This document shows positions 1 through 9,452 of a DNA stretch of 26,796 nt, one piece after another. The notes under the pieces were generated by a model. It did not search any database, was not told the DNA's origin, and saw only the letters and a list, made by a program, of their open reading frames with translations. The position numbers and the translations under genes are program-made. Within the stretch, counting starts at the first letter, position 1, and every line of letters starts with the position of its first letter. Source of the DNA: an uncultured Nitrospinaceae bacterium (GTDB taxonomy: Bacteria; UBA8248); contig CAXFSR010000054.1 in NCBI GenBank assembly GCA_964005815.1, positions 1 through 26,796 of the forward strand, given 5' to 3'.

Positions 1-588
1 ATGATAATTCCTATTTCTATACAAATCTGTAAAGGCATCGTAAGGAAAAATGGCTTTTAAGTGATGCGGTTTTAATGTAGCAGCGAGAACTTGAGACTCG
101 GAAAAATAAGAACATCCCATCATACCCACCGAACCATTCGACCAAGGTTGCGTTCCACACCACTCTATTAAATCCAGATAATCAGACTGTTCCTTTTCAC
201 CTTTATCATCGTATACTCCACCTGAATCATTTGTCCCTCTAACATCTACTATTACATGGACATAACCCCTTGGTACCCAAAATTCTGTTATTCCAGCTTC
301 ATTTTGGCTAATTGCAACATTAGTAGATTGTAATCCCCTTGTATAAGGAGAAAGTGAGAGCAACACCGGAAATTTATCACCCGAAGAACTTGGACGAAAA
401 ACATCCAAAGCCAAATTCACATCGTCACTCATTCGAACCATCTGATCTACATCAGCACTAATTGTATATACCGGCTGAGAAGATTCTGGAACTTGGGGTG
501 GTTCATCAAATGGCCACTGTGGGTAAGCCCTAGGATGTATAGACCTTACCAAATTTGGTTCATAACGTTTTACGGTTTTCTTTTGCAT
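1..588 (-). CDS. CocE/NonD family serine hydrolase (Xaa-Pro dipeptidyl-peptidase S15-like), 3' end runs off window
   Basis: Not in the ORF track. Manual translation from ATG at 588: MQKKTVKRYEPN...VRMSDDVNLALDVFRP...FPVLLSLSPY...WVPRGYVHVIVDVRGTNDSGG...LIEWCGTQPWSNGSVGMMGCSYFS...HLKAIFP, open to base 1. DVRG, QPWSNGxVG and the GxSY nucleophile elbow are CocE hallmarks. Confidence 0.9.
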   Translation of the reverse strand, partial: MQKKTVKRYEPNLVRSIHPRAYPQWPFDEPPQVPESSQPVYTISADVDQMVRMSDDVNLALDVFRPSSSGDKFPVLLSLSPYTRGLQSTNVAISQNEAGITEFWVPRGYVHVIVDVRGTNDSGGVYDDKGEKEQSDYLDLIEWCGTQPWSNGSVGMMGCSYFSESQVLAATLKPHHLKAIFPYDAFTDLYRNRNYH

Positions 589-662
589 CAGATATAAAAC
601 CTCTTCCTAGATGAAATCAAGAATATCTTGTAATATAACTTAAAAAATAACAGAGAAAAACC

Positions 663-2021
663 ATGTCTAATATATTCATAAAAAATGCAACTATTTACAG
701 TATGGACGCCAATATTGGAAATTTGCAAAATGGCAACATACTCATAAAAGATGATCTCATCGTTTCTATCGATCATAAAACAGAAAAAGATTTTGACAAA
801 GAAATAGATGCTACTGGGATGATTGCCTTACCTGGATTAATCAACGCCCATCACCATACCTGGCAAACTGCAATAAGGGGTATAGGCGGAAACTGGAAGC
901 AAAGAGAATATTTTAATGTGGTTCATGCAAATATTGCCACTCATTACAAACCAGAAGATATTTTTATCGGCAATCTCATTGGTTCCCTCAACCAAATCAA
1001 TAGCGGCACCACAACTATTTTTGATTGGTCTCATGGAAATGCTACACCTGAACATACTGACTCTGCCATAGAAGCTCTCTTTGCATCAGGCATCAGAGCT
1101 ATTTTTGGTCACGGCACCGTTAAACCGGATCCCAAAGAGGGAGAACCGCATTTCTCTACAATACCTCATCCAAGAGAAGAAATAGAAAGACTTCGCAAAG
1201 GAACGCTTCATGGCGATTCGGAACTTGTTACCCTTGCAATGGCAATACTGGGCCCAGACTATTCCACAAAAGAAGTAACTTTAAAAGATTTTCAGCTAGC
1301 AAAAGAATTCAATCTTCTTTCAAGCGCACACATCTGGGGCATGCCAAATCGTATTGTCAAAGAGGGATATGCATTACTACTTCAGGAAGGATTGCTAAAC
1401 AAAAAACACAATATTGTTCACGGTAATTATCTTAAAGACGATGAAATAAAACTGATCGTAGATTCTGGTGCTTCTGTAACATCAACTCCCGTTGCAGAAC
1501 TACAAACTCATGGAGTAGAACCAATTGTAACGAAAGTTTCAAATTTTGGAGGGAAACCTTCTATCGGTTCTGATCTTGAAATTTACTCTGGAGTTGGAAT
1601 GTTGGATATTTTAAGAACCTCCTTACGTTCGCAGAGAATTTTTTCAAACATCAAATTCTACGATGACGGAATGAAAGGAGAGAAAAAAACAACAACCACA
1701 AAAGAAGCATTGGAATGGGCAACCATCAACAATGCAATAGCCTTAGGAATAGACAACAAGATAGGTTCTTTAACACCTGGGAAAAAAGCAGATCTCATTC
1801 TAATCGATAGCGAGAGTTTAAATATGGTTGCAACACACAATCCCGAACAAGCTACTGTTCTGCACGCAAACGAATCAGATATACGATTTGTTTTGATAGA
1901 CGGAAAAATCGTCAAAGAAAACGGAAAACTTTTTTTGAGTGATGAAAAATTAAAGCGATGGAAAGAAGAACTGAAAGAGTCTAGAAAAAATCTCATGCAA
2001 AGATCAGGTTTTAATTCTTGA
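663..2021 (+). CDS. Metal-dependent amidohydrolase (SsnA/TrzA/AtzA-like, COG0402 type)
   Basis: PGLINAHHH (HxH metal motif), SGTTT, later His residues (SAH, IVHG), GSD metal-ligand Asp, IGSLTPGKKADLI C-terminal motif. Confidence 0.88.
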   Translation: MSNIFIKNATIYSMDANIGNLQNGNILIKDDLIVSIDHKTEKDFDKEIDATGMIALPGLINAHHHTWQTAIRGIGGNWKQREYFNVVHANIATHYKPEDIFIGNLIGSLNQINSGTTTIFDWSHGNATPEHTDSAIEALFASGIRAIFGHGTVKPDPKEGEPHFSTIPHPREEIERLRKGTLHGDSELVTLAMAILGPDYSTKEVTLKDFQLAKEFNLLSSAHIWGMPNRIVKEGYALLLQEGLLNKKHNIVHGNYLKDDEIKLIVDSGASVTSTPVAELQTHGVEPIVTKVSNFGGKPSIGSDLEIYSGVGMLDILRTSLRSQRIFSNIKFYDDGMKGEKKTTTTKEALEWATINNAIALGIDNKIGSLTPGKKADLILIDSESLNMVATHNPEQATVLHANESDIRFVLIDGKIVKENGKLFLSDEKLKRWKEELKESRKNLMQRSGFNS

Positions 2022-3188
2022 TTTTTTATCCCTCTCCAAAGAAAAACCACAGAAGAGTGCAAGGAAAAGAAAAAGCATAAGTATCCACTGAGCCGATTTT
2101 AAACCATAAATTTCTCCCAACCAAGCAACTAAAGGGGCAGTCAAACTCGCAATGATCCAGCCTCCACCAAGAATCAGAGAACTTGCAAAAGCTCGATTTT
2201 CCGGCATTTTCTCTTGAGTAAGTATAATCGAAAGTCCCATAGGAACAAAAACACCAAAACCTATAAATCCAACAAAGAGATAACAAATTTTTAATGGGAA
2301 AATTAAAAAAAGAAACATAGCGATCAAAGAAACAATAATTCCTGAGATAATCGTTAATCTTCTTCCGTACCAGTCAGCAAAGATACCTCCTAAGATTACA
2401 CCAAAAGCACCACCTATGAAGAAAAGAGTACTTGTCAATCCCCCTTCCCACAAACCAAGGTTTTCATCGACAAACATAGAAGTTAAGAAAAATGCTAGAT
2501 TCGATACAACAATTGCTCTAACGCCTCCTATGACAAAAAGAGATATGACATCTCCTTTTATTTTTTTAAAGACTGAAAACAGATCTATTTCTTTGGAACC
2601 TTCCGAAATTGATTCTTTGTCAACTCTAGGAGTACTAATCATTACAAAAAAAGCAGCAACAATTCCAAAGACACCATAGATAGTAAGCCATTTCAATCCT
2701 AAATTTTCAGTTACAGAAATAGCGATCAGAGGACCCACAGCAAAACCGATTCTACCTCCCGTAACAAAAAGACTCATCGGAACACTATTTCCTTCTTGGC
2801 TCAATCTACCCGCACGTGCACCCATGTCCGGGTGGGTGAACGCAAAAAACATACCCCCGACAAACATCAAAACTAATAAAGAGGTATAACTAGAAATCCA
2901 GCCTATAGCAGAAAAACAAAAAGTACACCCTACAAGTCCGATTGGAAGCCAAGGAACCCTCGGCCATCTATCAATCACAAGTGCAGTCAAAGGCTGACTG
3001 ATTGCACTTGTGCTAGCTTGAACAGATATCATAAAGCCAGCAAGAGTTAAACTAAAACCTATCTTCTCTCTAAGCACAGGGATAAGAGCCATTGGGAATT
3101 GCGCTGCACTATCAATCACAAAATGTGCAAGAAAAATAAAAGATGAGGCAAACCACACAGTCTTTACATCTGTTTTTTTTGTCGACAT
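2004..3188 (-). CDS. MFS transporter (Fsr-like)
   Basis: About 12 hydrophobic segments; AHFVID, QP..A..IDR, HP, GG..GFAVGP and GIFADWYGRR motifs typical of Fsr-type MFS proteins. Confidence 0.85.
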   Translation of the reverse strand: MSTKKTDVKTVWFASSFIFLAHFVIDSAAQFPMALIPVLREKIGFSLTLAGFMISVQASTSAISQPLTALVIDRWPRVPWLPIGLVGCTFCFSAIGWISSYTSLLVLMFVGGMFFAFTHPDMGARAGRLSQEGNSVPMSLFVTGGRIGFAVGPLIAISVTENLGLKWLTIYGVFGIVAAFFVMISTPRVDKESISEGSKEIDLFSVFKKIKGDVISLFVIGGVRAIVVSNLAFFLTSMFVDENLGLWEGGLTSTLFFIGGAFGVILGGIFADWYGRRLTIISGIIVSLIAMFLFLIFPLKICYLFVGFIGFGVFVPMGLSIILTQEKMPENRAFASSLILGGGWIIASLTAPLVAWLGEIYGLKSAQWILMLFLFLALFCGFSLERDKKSRIKT

Positions 3189-3209
3189 TAGAACCTTTTA
3201 AAAATTTAT

Positions 3210-4211
3210 CTACTTTGGAGAAAGGCCGGAAATTGTTCTTCTTAATGCTGCTTCATAGGTCTCTCCTACTTCAACTGGATCAATCATTAGGACAGGCAAA
3301 TCAACACCCTCACCTCTAAGAGCATCGAGTTTCTCTAAACATCTTCCTCTTGGGCCTACAAGACAAAACTGATCAATTAATTCATCCGTTATATTCGAAG
3401 AAATTCCTTTTTGATCATTTTCAAGAAAGGCTTTCGAAATCAGATCCGCTTCCTTAACAAATCCACTTTCACGTATCGATTGATTATAAGCGGGGAGACC
3501 CAACCAGTAAGTCAGGGTTTCCCTAGCCTTATCTCTAGCTAATTGTAAATCTTCAGAAAAAAAAGTATGAATCCCTAAATCTACTTTTACCGAGAGCGGA
3601 TCTCTTTTCTTCTCCAAAGCCCCTTCATTTTTTAAATCAACTAATTCTTTTATTCTTGACTGAGGAACCATATAAAGCATAATTCCATCAGAAATTTCAC
3701 CAGACAATTTTGTCATTCTCGGACCTACCGCTGCCGTGAATACAGGGACCTCCTGTTTTGGCTTTTTGAATCCCAGAACTTTTCCCTGATAAGTCTGAAC
3801 AGGGAGATCTGGATAAACGTTTTCGCCATTCAGTAGACCTTTTACTTCCGACACATAATTTCTTAGATCTACAGTTGGTTTCCCAGTCTGAATATTCATA
3901 GCTGCATTTCTTGGGGGATGCCCAAGACCTAGCCCTAAAACAAATCGACCATTTGAGATGTCACTAATAGTGGTTGCCGCTTGTGCAGTGATATAAGGAT
4001 GACGCAAATAAATAATCGCAATAAAACTACCCACTTCAATAGTTTTTGTTTTCATCGCCATAACCATATTTATTGCAAACGTATCAGTAAGAGACTCCGT
4101 AGTATAAGCTCTATCAAAACCATTTTCTTCTGCATATTTTGTCACTTCTCCCATAGCCTCAAAAGAAATATCGGCAAAAGTGAGAAAACAGAATCCTAAT
4201 CTTTTTTCCAT
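3210..4211 (-). CDS. LLM class flavin-dependent oxidoreductase (Mer/F420-dependent-like branch)
   Basis: AEENGFD, RHP..TAQ...T...ISNGRFVLGLGLG, AAVGPRM..L.GEISDG, C-terminal LVGP...G motif. RBS AGGAG upstream. Confidence 0.85.
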   Translation of the reverse strand: MEKRLGFCFLTFADISFEAMGEVTKYAEENGFDRAYTTESLTDTFAINMVMAMKTKTIEVGSFIAIIYLRHPYITAQAATTISDISNGRFVLGLGLGHPPRNAAMNIQTGKPTVDLRNYVSEVKGLLNGENVYPDLPVQTYQGKVLGFKKPKQEVPVFTAAVGPRMTKLSGEISDGIMLYMVPQSRIKELVDLKNEGALEKKRDPLSVKVDLGIHTFFSEDLQLARDKARETLTYWLGLPAYNQSIRESGFVKEADLISKAFLENDQKGISSNITDELIDQFCLVGPRGRCLEKLDALRGEGVDLPVLMIDPVEVGETYEAALRRTISGLSPK

Positions 4212-4293
4212 TCCGAATCTCCTAGAAAATCAGCTTCACGAAAACCATCGTTCATTATTGTCTATTTAGCAATCAATATTACAAAAAACTATT

Positions 4294-4845
4294 TCAGACA
4301 GACAAAGGGGGAGTTTCACCTTCAGGAACATCTAAATTAAAAACATTCAAAGTCATTGAAACTATTGTGTAATATCCAATAAGTGAAGTTAACTCTACCA
4401 AGGCCTTCTCCCCAAATTTATCTAAAGCAGTTGCATAAACATCATCACTTACAAAATGATTCTTATGTACCTGCTGGCAGAAATTATAGAGTGCGGATTC
4501 CTCTTCATTCATATTCTCAGGAGTTTCATCTTTACGAACACTTTCTACAATTTCTTCTGATAGTCCAGCTTTTATAGCAATGGGGGCATGAGCATACCAT
4601 TCATATTGAGCCCCCCAGAAACGAGCCGTAATTAGAATTGCAAATTCACTTAACCTAGGAGGAAATGAAGTGCCGTATCTTAGATGACTACTCACCTTCT
4701 CTAATTTCTCTAGGAAATCCGGACATCTCAACCAAGCTAAAAATGGACCTGCTACTCCTCCTCTGGGACCGGAATCAATGTGTTCATAGATCGATTTTTG
4801 ACTCTCATTTAATTCTGAAAATTCTAAGGGATGTAATCTGTTCAT
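4294..4845 (-). CDS. Carboxymuconolactone decarboxylase / AhpD-like family protein
   Basis: GPF..WL..P, LRY, EFAILITAR.W...YEW..H...A...GL, FGE...VEL...IGYY pattern. Start moved to ATG 4845 (MNRLHPL), which has GGAG upstream; the track start was 4890. No CxxC. Confidence 0.85.
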   Translation of the reverse strand: MNRLHPLEFSELNESQKSIYEHIDSGPRGGVAGPFLAWLRCPDFLEKLEKVSSHLRYGTSFPPRLSEFAILITARFWGAQYEWYAHAPIAIKAGLSEEIVESVRKDETPENMNEEESALYNFCQQVHKNHFVSDDVYATALDKFGEKALVELTSLIGYYTIVSMTLNVFNLDVPEGETPPLSV

Positions 4846-4983
4846 ATTGAATACTCCATTTAAAACATAGTCATAAAAAATTTCATTCACGCATTACAAA
4901 AATTCATTTTTAAATTACCATAGCAAACCAATGGTAGCCACTAGAACTTAGTGTGTACATATGAAAAGGGATTTGAGGAAAAA

Positions 4984-6102
4984 ATGTCTAACACAGTAAT
5001 AGTAGGAGGAGGAATAATTGGTCTTCTTACTGCAAGATACCTTGCCCAAGCAGGGAAACAAGTAACATTGATTGACAAATCCGAGTTGGGATCAGGTGCA
5101 ACCTGGGCCTCTGCTGGCATCATTTCTCCTCATGCAACAAGTGGTTCAACAGATATTGCTGGCGAACCTGGACTCATTCTCAGAAATCTTTCATTTACTT
5201 TGTGGCCCGAAATTGCTCAATCTATCCAGGAAGAAACGGGAATAGATATTGAATTTACGCTTTCTGGTGTACTCCTTGTTTCCTTAAATAAAAAAGAATC
5301 AGAAAACATAAAAACTAAGGCAAAAAAGAATGATTGGGGTAATACAAACTGGTTATCATCTGATGAAGTACAGAAAAAAGAACCTGAACTTTCAAAAAAA
5401 ATAGATGGAGCCCTGCTTGTAGAAGGAGGAAATGTAGAAGTTAGAAATCTTGGTCCCGCTTTAGAAATATCATGCAGAAAATTAGGTGTAGAAATCCGTA
5501 GTGGAGAATTAGTTTATGAGGTTATCTCAGACAAAAACTCTATCGTCGGAATAAGAACAGAAAAAGATGAAATTAACTCTTCTAATGTAATCATCTGTGC
5601 AGGAACTGGAAGTAATAAAATCAAAGGAATTAATTTAGAGGTACCGATTCTGCCTCAAAAGGGACAAATCATTTCCATAGATGGCAGAAAAATAAATCTT
5701 AACCATATTATTTTGACAGAAAATGACCCTTATTTCGTTCCGAGGTCCAACGGAAAAATCATTCTTGGTGCTACTAGAGAATGGGCTGGAGAAGACAAGA
5801 GATTAACGGTCGGAGGACTTAACTGGCTTATGAAAGGTGGAATGGAAATCATTCCTAATATAAAAGATTCGGCTATCAAGGAGACATGGACAGGATTCAG
5901 ACCGGTTACAACCGATTATTTACCATTGATAGGCAAAGGGAATATTGACGGATTATTTTTCTGTTCTGGTCATGGACCATCCGGAGTAGGACCCGCCCCT
6001 GCTAGTGCAAAAATCATTCTTGCATTGCTAACCGAAAAGACACCTGAAATAAATATAAGTCCTTATAATCCAATAAGATTTCAAGAAAAGAATATAAACT
6101 AA
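4984..6102 (+). CDS. FAD-dependent glycine/D-amino acid oxidase family protein (ThiO/DadA-like)
   Basis: IVGGGIIG Rossmann motif, GATWASAG, P.KGQ, YFVPR..G.IILGAT, WTGFRP...D..P.IG, GH..SG. Start moved to ATG 4984 after GAGG. Confidence 0.85.
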   Translation: MSNTVIVGGGIIGLLTARYLAQAGKQVTLIDKSELGSGATWASAGIISPHATSGSTDIAGEPGLILRNLSFTLWPEIAQSIQEETGIDIEFTLSGVLLVSLNKKESENIKTKAKKNDWGNTNWLSSDEVQKKEPELSKKIDGALLVEGGNVEVRNLGPALEISCRKLGVEIRSGELVYEVISDKNSIVGIRTEKDEINSSNVIICAGTGSNKIKGINLEVPILPQKGQIISIDGRKINLNHIILTENDPYFVPRSNGKIILGATREWAGEDKRLTVGGLNWLMKGGMEIIPNIKDSAIKETWTGFRPVTTDYLPLIGKGNIDGLFFCSGHGPSGVGPAPASAKIILALLTEKTPEINISPYNPIRFQEKNIN

Positions 6103-6117
6103 TTTAACTCTTATGAT

Positions 6118-7218
6118 TTAGGATTCTATAAATTTCGGCAAGTGTGGCAACAACATCTCTCCAAAATTCTGTGCTTCTTGGTCATGGGGCCATCCAGAAA
6201 GAATAAATGTAGAAGCTCCAACATCTATGTATTTTCTAATTTCTTCAGCAACCACTTCAGGACTACCCGCAAGCATTGTTCCTGCTCCCTGTCTCACGAG
6301 ATTAATGCCAGCAAAAAGAGCTTTCCCATACCATAATTTCCCCTCAGAAGACATTGCGTCCATTCTCTGCTGAGAAATAGATTCCGCCTTTCCACCATCA
6401 GATGAACTCATTGAGGTTTTCTCACCATAAGATTCCGTTCCTACTATTAAATCCTCAGCAGCTTTTTTTGCATCTGCATCTTTTTCTCGAATCAATATAT
6501 GGAAACGAACACCCAAACTCAGATCTCTCTTATGCAAAGTGTTAGCCATCCCGCGAACTTCATCATACTCAGACTTAATATCAGAAACTGTTTCCCCCCA
6601 TTTCAACATCACATCAGCAAATTTAGCAATTACTTTTTTTGCAGCCTCTGAACTACCGCCAAAGTAAAGAGGAGGACCTCCTTTTTCAAATGGTTCTGGG
6701 TAAACGAAACCATCTTCTATCTCATAATAACTACCTTTGTAAAAAAGTCTCTCATCTGGGGAATCCCAAAAATGTTTAACAATTGTCAGAAATTCGTCTG
6801 TACGAACATATCTTTCATCGTGATCAAAAAAATCACCATACCGTTTAGAATCAACAGAAGAACCTCCAGGCACCACATTGACCGTAACTCTGCCATTAGA
6901 AATCTGATCAAGTGTATTTACTTGTTGCACAGCAAAAGTTGGAGAGGTTAATCCCGGACGTATAGCAACGCAGAATTTTAAATTTTTTGTTTCCCTTGCT
7001 AATGCCGCCGCAAGCAACCATCCATCCGAACAAGAAGTATTACAGGGGATCAGAATATTTGTGAGGCCATTTTGTTCTGCCGTTTTCGCAACGTGCACCA
7101 GATATTCAAAATCAGGAGGAATCTCTACAATATTCTTTCCAAGCTCAGTAGCATCTCCTCTTTTGTTCGAAGGGAGGTACCAAGCATATTCAATAGGCCT
7201 AGAATTAGATACAATCAA
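6118..7218 (-). CDS. LLM flavin monooxygenase, SsuD/MsuD (alkanesulfonate monooxygenase)-like
   Basis: WYLP..RGD, C.DGW, RPGL.SP, HDERY.RTDEFL, LYFGGSSEAA, KWGE, GVRFHIL.RE, SQQRM, FILSGWPH..EA: all parallel to SsuD motifs. TTG start. Confidence 0.85.
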   Translation of the reverse strand: MIVSNSRPIEYAWYLPSNKRGDATELGKNIVEIPPDFEYLVHVAKTAEQNGLTNILIPCNTSCSDGWLLAAALARETKNLKFCVAIRPGLTSPTFAVQQVNTLDQISNGRVTVNVVPGGSSVDSKRYGDFFDHDERYVRTDEFLTIVKHFWDSPDERLFYKGSYYEIEDGFVYPEPFEKGGPPLYFGGSSEAAKKVIAKFADVMLKWGETVSDIKSEYDEVRGMANTLHKRDLSLGVRFHILIREKDADAKKAAEDLIVGTESYGEKTSMSSSDGGKAESISQQRMDAMSSEGKLWYGKALFAGINLVRQGAGTMLAGSPEVVAEEIRKYIDVGASTFILSGWPHDQEAQNFGEMLLPHLPKFIES

Positions 7219-7326
7219 AAATAATCTCTCTATTTAATTAGTAAGATATAGAATTTACAAAAGTAAACAGACCACTTCAACCGTCTTATTAAGTTAAGAC
7301 TAAAATACAGGAATGTACAACAAGGA

Positions 7327-8214
7327 ATGTTAAGCGCAAATTTTCTTGCCGTTTTTTTTGCAATGTCCACGTCCGTGCTCTTTGGCCTCCTTAGCGTACT
7401 AGTCAGGAGGGGTGGGCTTTACGCTAATTCTATGTCTGGTATTTTTATCGGGTTATTTGTTTCTTTGCCGATAATGTGTATTGTTTCCTACGCTATATGG
7501 AAAGAAGAATGGTGGAATCTTAACGGGATTGTACTATTTTGTCTTGCCGGCTTAGCCGGCCCTGCTTTTTCAAGAGTCTTTCTTTTCCTAAGTATAAATA
7601 ACCTTGGGGTTTCGGTAACGATGCCTCTTGTAGCAACGACACCACTCTTTTCCTCAGTTCTTGCATATATTTTTTTATCTGAGAGACCCGGTCCACTTAT
7701 CTGGTTTGGAACATTTATGATTGTAATAGGAAGTGCTCTACTGAGTTACAGAAAAACAAATGACCAAAATTGGGAACGAAAAAAAATCTGGATGGTTTTT
7801 GTATCTACAATAGGAGCTGGTTTTTCCTTTGTATTAAGAAAAAGTGCTTTTTCATATATTCCAGATCCTATAGTTGGAGCTACTATTTCCTGTATCACTG
7901 GCTTATTTGTTCTCTGCACGCTTCTTCCTGTTCTTCCTAAAAATTCTAGACCCGATAACATGAAAAATAAAAAGGCTTGGGTTTTTTACGGTAGTTGTGG
8001 ATTAATCAATGCTGCCGGTTTCACATTAAATTTTGCTGCCATGAGCCATGGTGACGTTTCAATAGTTGCACCTTTAACTTGCACTGCACCCGTATTTGCT
8101 ATCCTATGTAGTTATTTTCTTTTAAAAGACCTTGAAAAAATAACTCTATCAATCTGCATCGCCACCGCAATAACGGTTACCGGTGCAATTCTAATCAGCT
8201 GGAAATTCCTATGA
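7327..8214 (+). CDS. DMT superfamily EamA-type transporter
   Basis: Ten hydrophobic segments in two repeats: GVS...P....TPLFS...A..FL.ER and GDVS.VAPL....P.FA......LKD.EK. Confidence 0.85.
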   Translation: MLSANFLAVFFAMSTSVLFGLLSVLVRRGGLYANSMSGIFIGLFVSLPIMCIVSYAIWKEEWWNLNGIVLFCLAGLAGPAFSRVFLFLSINNLGVSVTMPLVATTPLFSSVLAYIFLSERPGPLIWFGTFMIVIGSALLSYRKTNDQNWERKKIWMVFVSTIGAGFSFVLRKSAFSYIPDPIVGATISCITGLFVLCTLLPVLPKNSRPDNMKNKKAWVFYGSCGLINAAGFTLNFAAMSHGDVSIVAPLTCTAPVFAILCSYFLLKDLEKITLSICIATAITVTGAILISWKFL

Positions 8215-8221
8215 TATTGAC

Positions 8222-8250
8222 TTGCAATACCTATTGTCTGTAATTATGAT
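8222..8250 (+). promoter_or_regulatory. Putative sigma70 promoter for the second SsuD-like gene
   Basis: TTGCAA (8222-8227), 17 bp spacer, TATGAT (8245-8250). A short inverted repeat CAATA-CC-TATTG overlaps the -35/spacer. Confidence 0.45.
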
Positions 8251-8279
8251 AAAAATATACTTAAACTAAAGGACTATTT

Positions 8280-9368
8280 ATGAAAACTGAGTATGCTTGG
8301 TTTCTTCCTACAGTCCGTGCCGGGGATGGTCACAAGATAAACGTTAAGATTCCTGAAAGACCTCCAACAGTAGAATACCTTTCTGAAGTAGCCAGAGCTG
8401 CCGAAAAAGCCGGTTTCATCAATCTTTTAGTACCGACAGGCACACATTGCTTAGACGCATGGGTTTTGGCTGGTGCTGTTGCACAGCATACAGACAAAAT
8501 ACGCTTCTGTGTTGCATTTAGACCAGGATTAACTAGTCCAACTTTCGCAGTTCAGACCGCAAACACTGTTGATAAAATTACCGGCGGAAGACTTACGATA
8601 AATGTTGTTACGGGATCAGGTCCATCCGATCAAATGAGATACGGAGATCATCTCAAACACGATGAAAGGTACGGCAGAACTGAAGAATTTCTAGATATCG
8701 TTAAAGCTATTTGGTATTCCAACGGAGAACCAGTGAATTACAAAGGAAAATATTATGACATTCGAGATTCTGCCATATTTCCTGAACATGTAACAATGCC
8801 TCATCCTCCTCTGTACCTAGGTGGGAGTTCGGAAGAAGGAAGAAGAGTTGGCGCAAAACACTCCGACGTACATATGATGTATGCCGTTGATGTAGACAGA
8901 ATTGCAGCTGATGTATTAGATATGCGCAAGCGGGCAGAAGAACACAATAGACAGGATGAAATTAAATTTGGAATAAGAATGCACATCGTTTGCAGGGAAA
9001 CAAAAAAAGAAGCACACATGGCTGCCGAAAAAATAATTGAAGGAAGTGATCTATCAAACACTACAGCATGGTCTGAAATGTCTAGAAAAAGCACAGAAAG
9101 TGTTGGTCAGAAAAGAATCAATGAAATGGGAAATAGGGATTCTTTATGGATTACTGATACACTTTGGATGGGAGTAAATAAAGTAAGAGGAGGTGCAGGA
9201 GCATCTCTTGTCGGTACCCCAGATATGATTGCAAAAGCTTTAAAAGAATACGTCGATGTTGGAGTAGATTGCTTTATACTCTCTGGTTGGCCTCACGTAG
9301 AAGAGGCCGAGATTTTCGGAAATGAAATTATGCCACTATTACAAGCAACAGAGCCTATTACTCTTTAG
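8280..9368 (+). CDS. LLM flavin monooxygenase, SsuD/MsuD-like (paralogue of 6118..7218)
   Basis: WFLPT..AGDG, PTG.HCLDAW, RPGLTSP, HDERY.RT.EFL, PPLYLGGSS, FGIRMHIVCRET, SVGQKR, LW.G...VRGGAG.SLVG, FILSGWPH.EEA. RBS AAGGA. Confidence 0.9.
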   Translation: MKTEYAWFLPTVRAGDGHKINVKIPERPPTVEYLSEVARAAEKAGFINLLVPTGTHCLDAWVLAGAVAQHTDKIRFCVAFRPGLTSPTFAVQTANTVDKITGGRLTINVVTGSGPSDQMRYGDHLKHDERYGRTEEFLDIVKAIWYSNGEPVNYKGKYYDIRDSAIFPEHVTMPHPPLYLGGSSEEGRRVGAKHSDVHMMYAVDVDRIAADVLDMRKRAEEHNRQDEIKFGIRMHIVCRETKKEAHMAAEKIIEGSDLSNTTAWSEMSRKSTESVGQKRINEMGNRDSLWITDTLWMGVNKVRGGAGASLVGTPDMIAKALKEYVDVGVDCFILSGWPHVEEAEIFGNEIMPLLQATEPITL

Positions 9369-9392
9369 GTATCTATTAACTTTCTTACCTGC

Positions 9393-9422
9393 TTGACCTC
9401 CTTACTCCTTTTATCCTAGATT
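9393..9422 (+). promoter_or_regulatory. Possible sigma70 promoter for the TRAP operon
   Basis: TTGACC (9393-9398), 18 bp spacer, TAGATT (9417-9422), upstream of the AGGAG RBS. Confidence 0.3.
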
Positions 9423-9452
9423 GTCGTATAAACATAAAACTAGGAGATTTAC

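Noticed and set aside
140..175. Possible frameshift in the CocE-like gene
   Set aside because: Re-reading the reverse complement gives a continuous frame (LIEWCGTQPWSNG).
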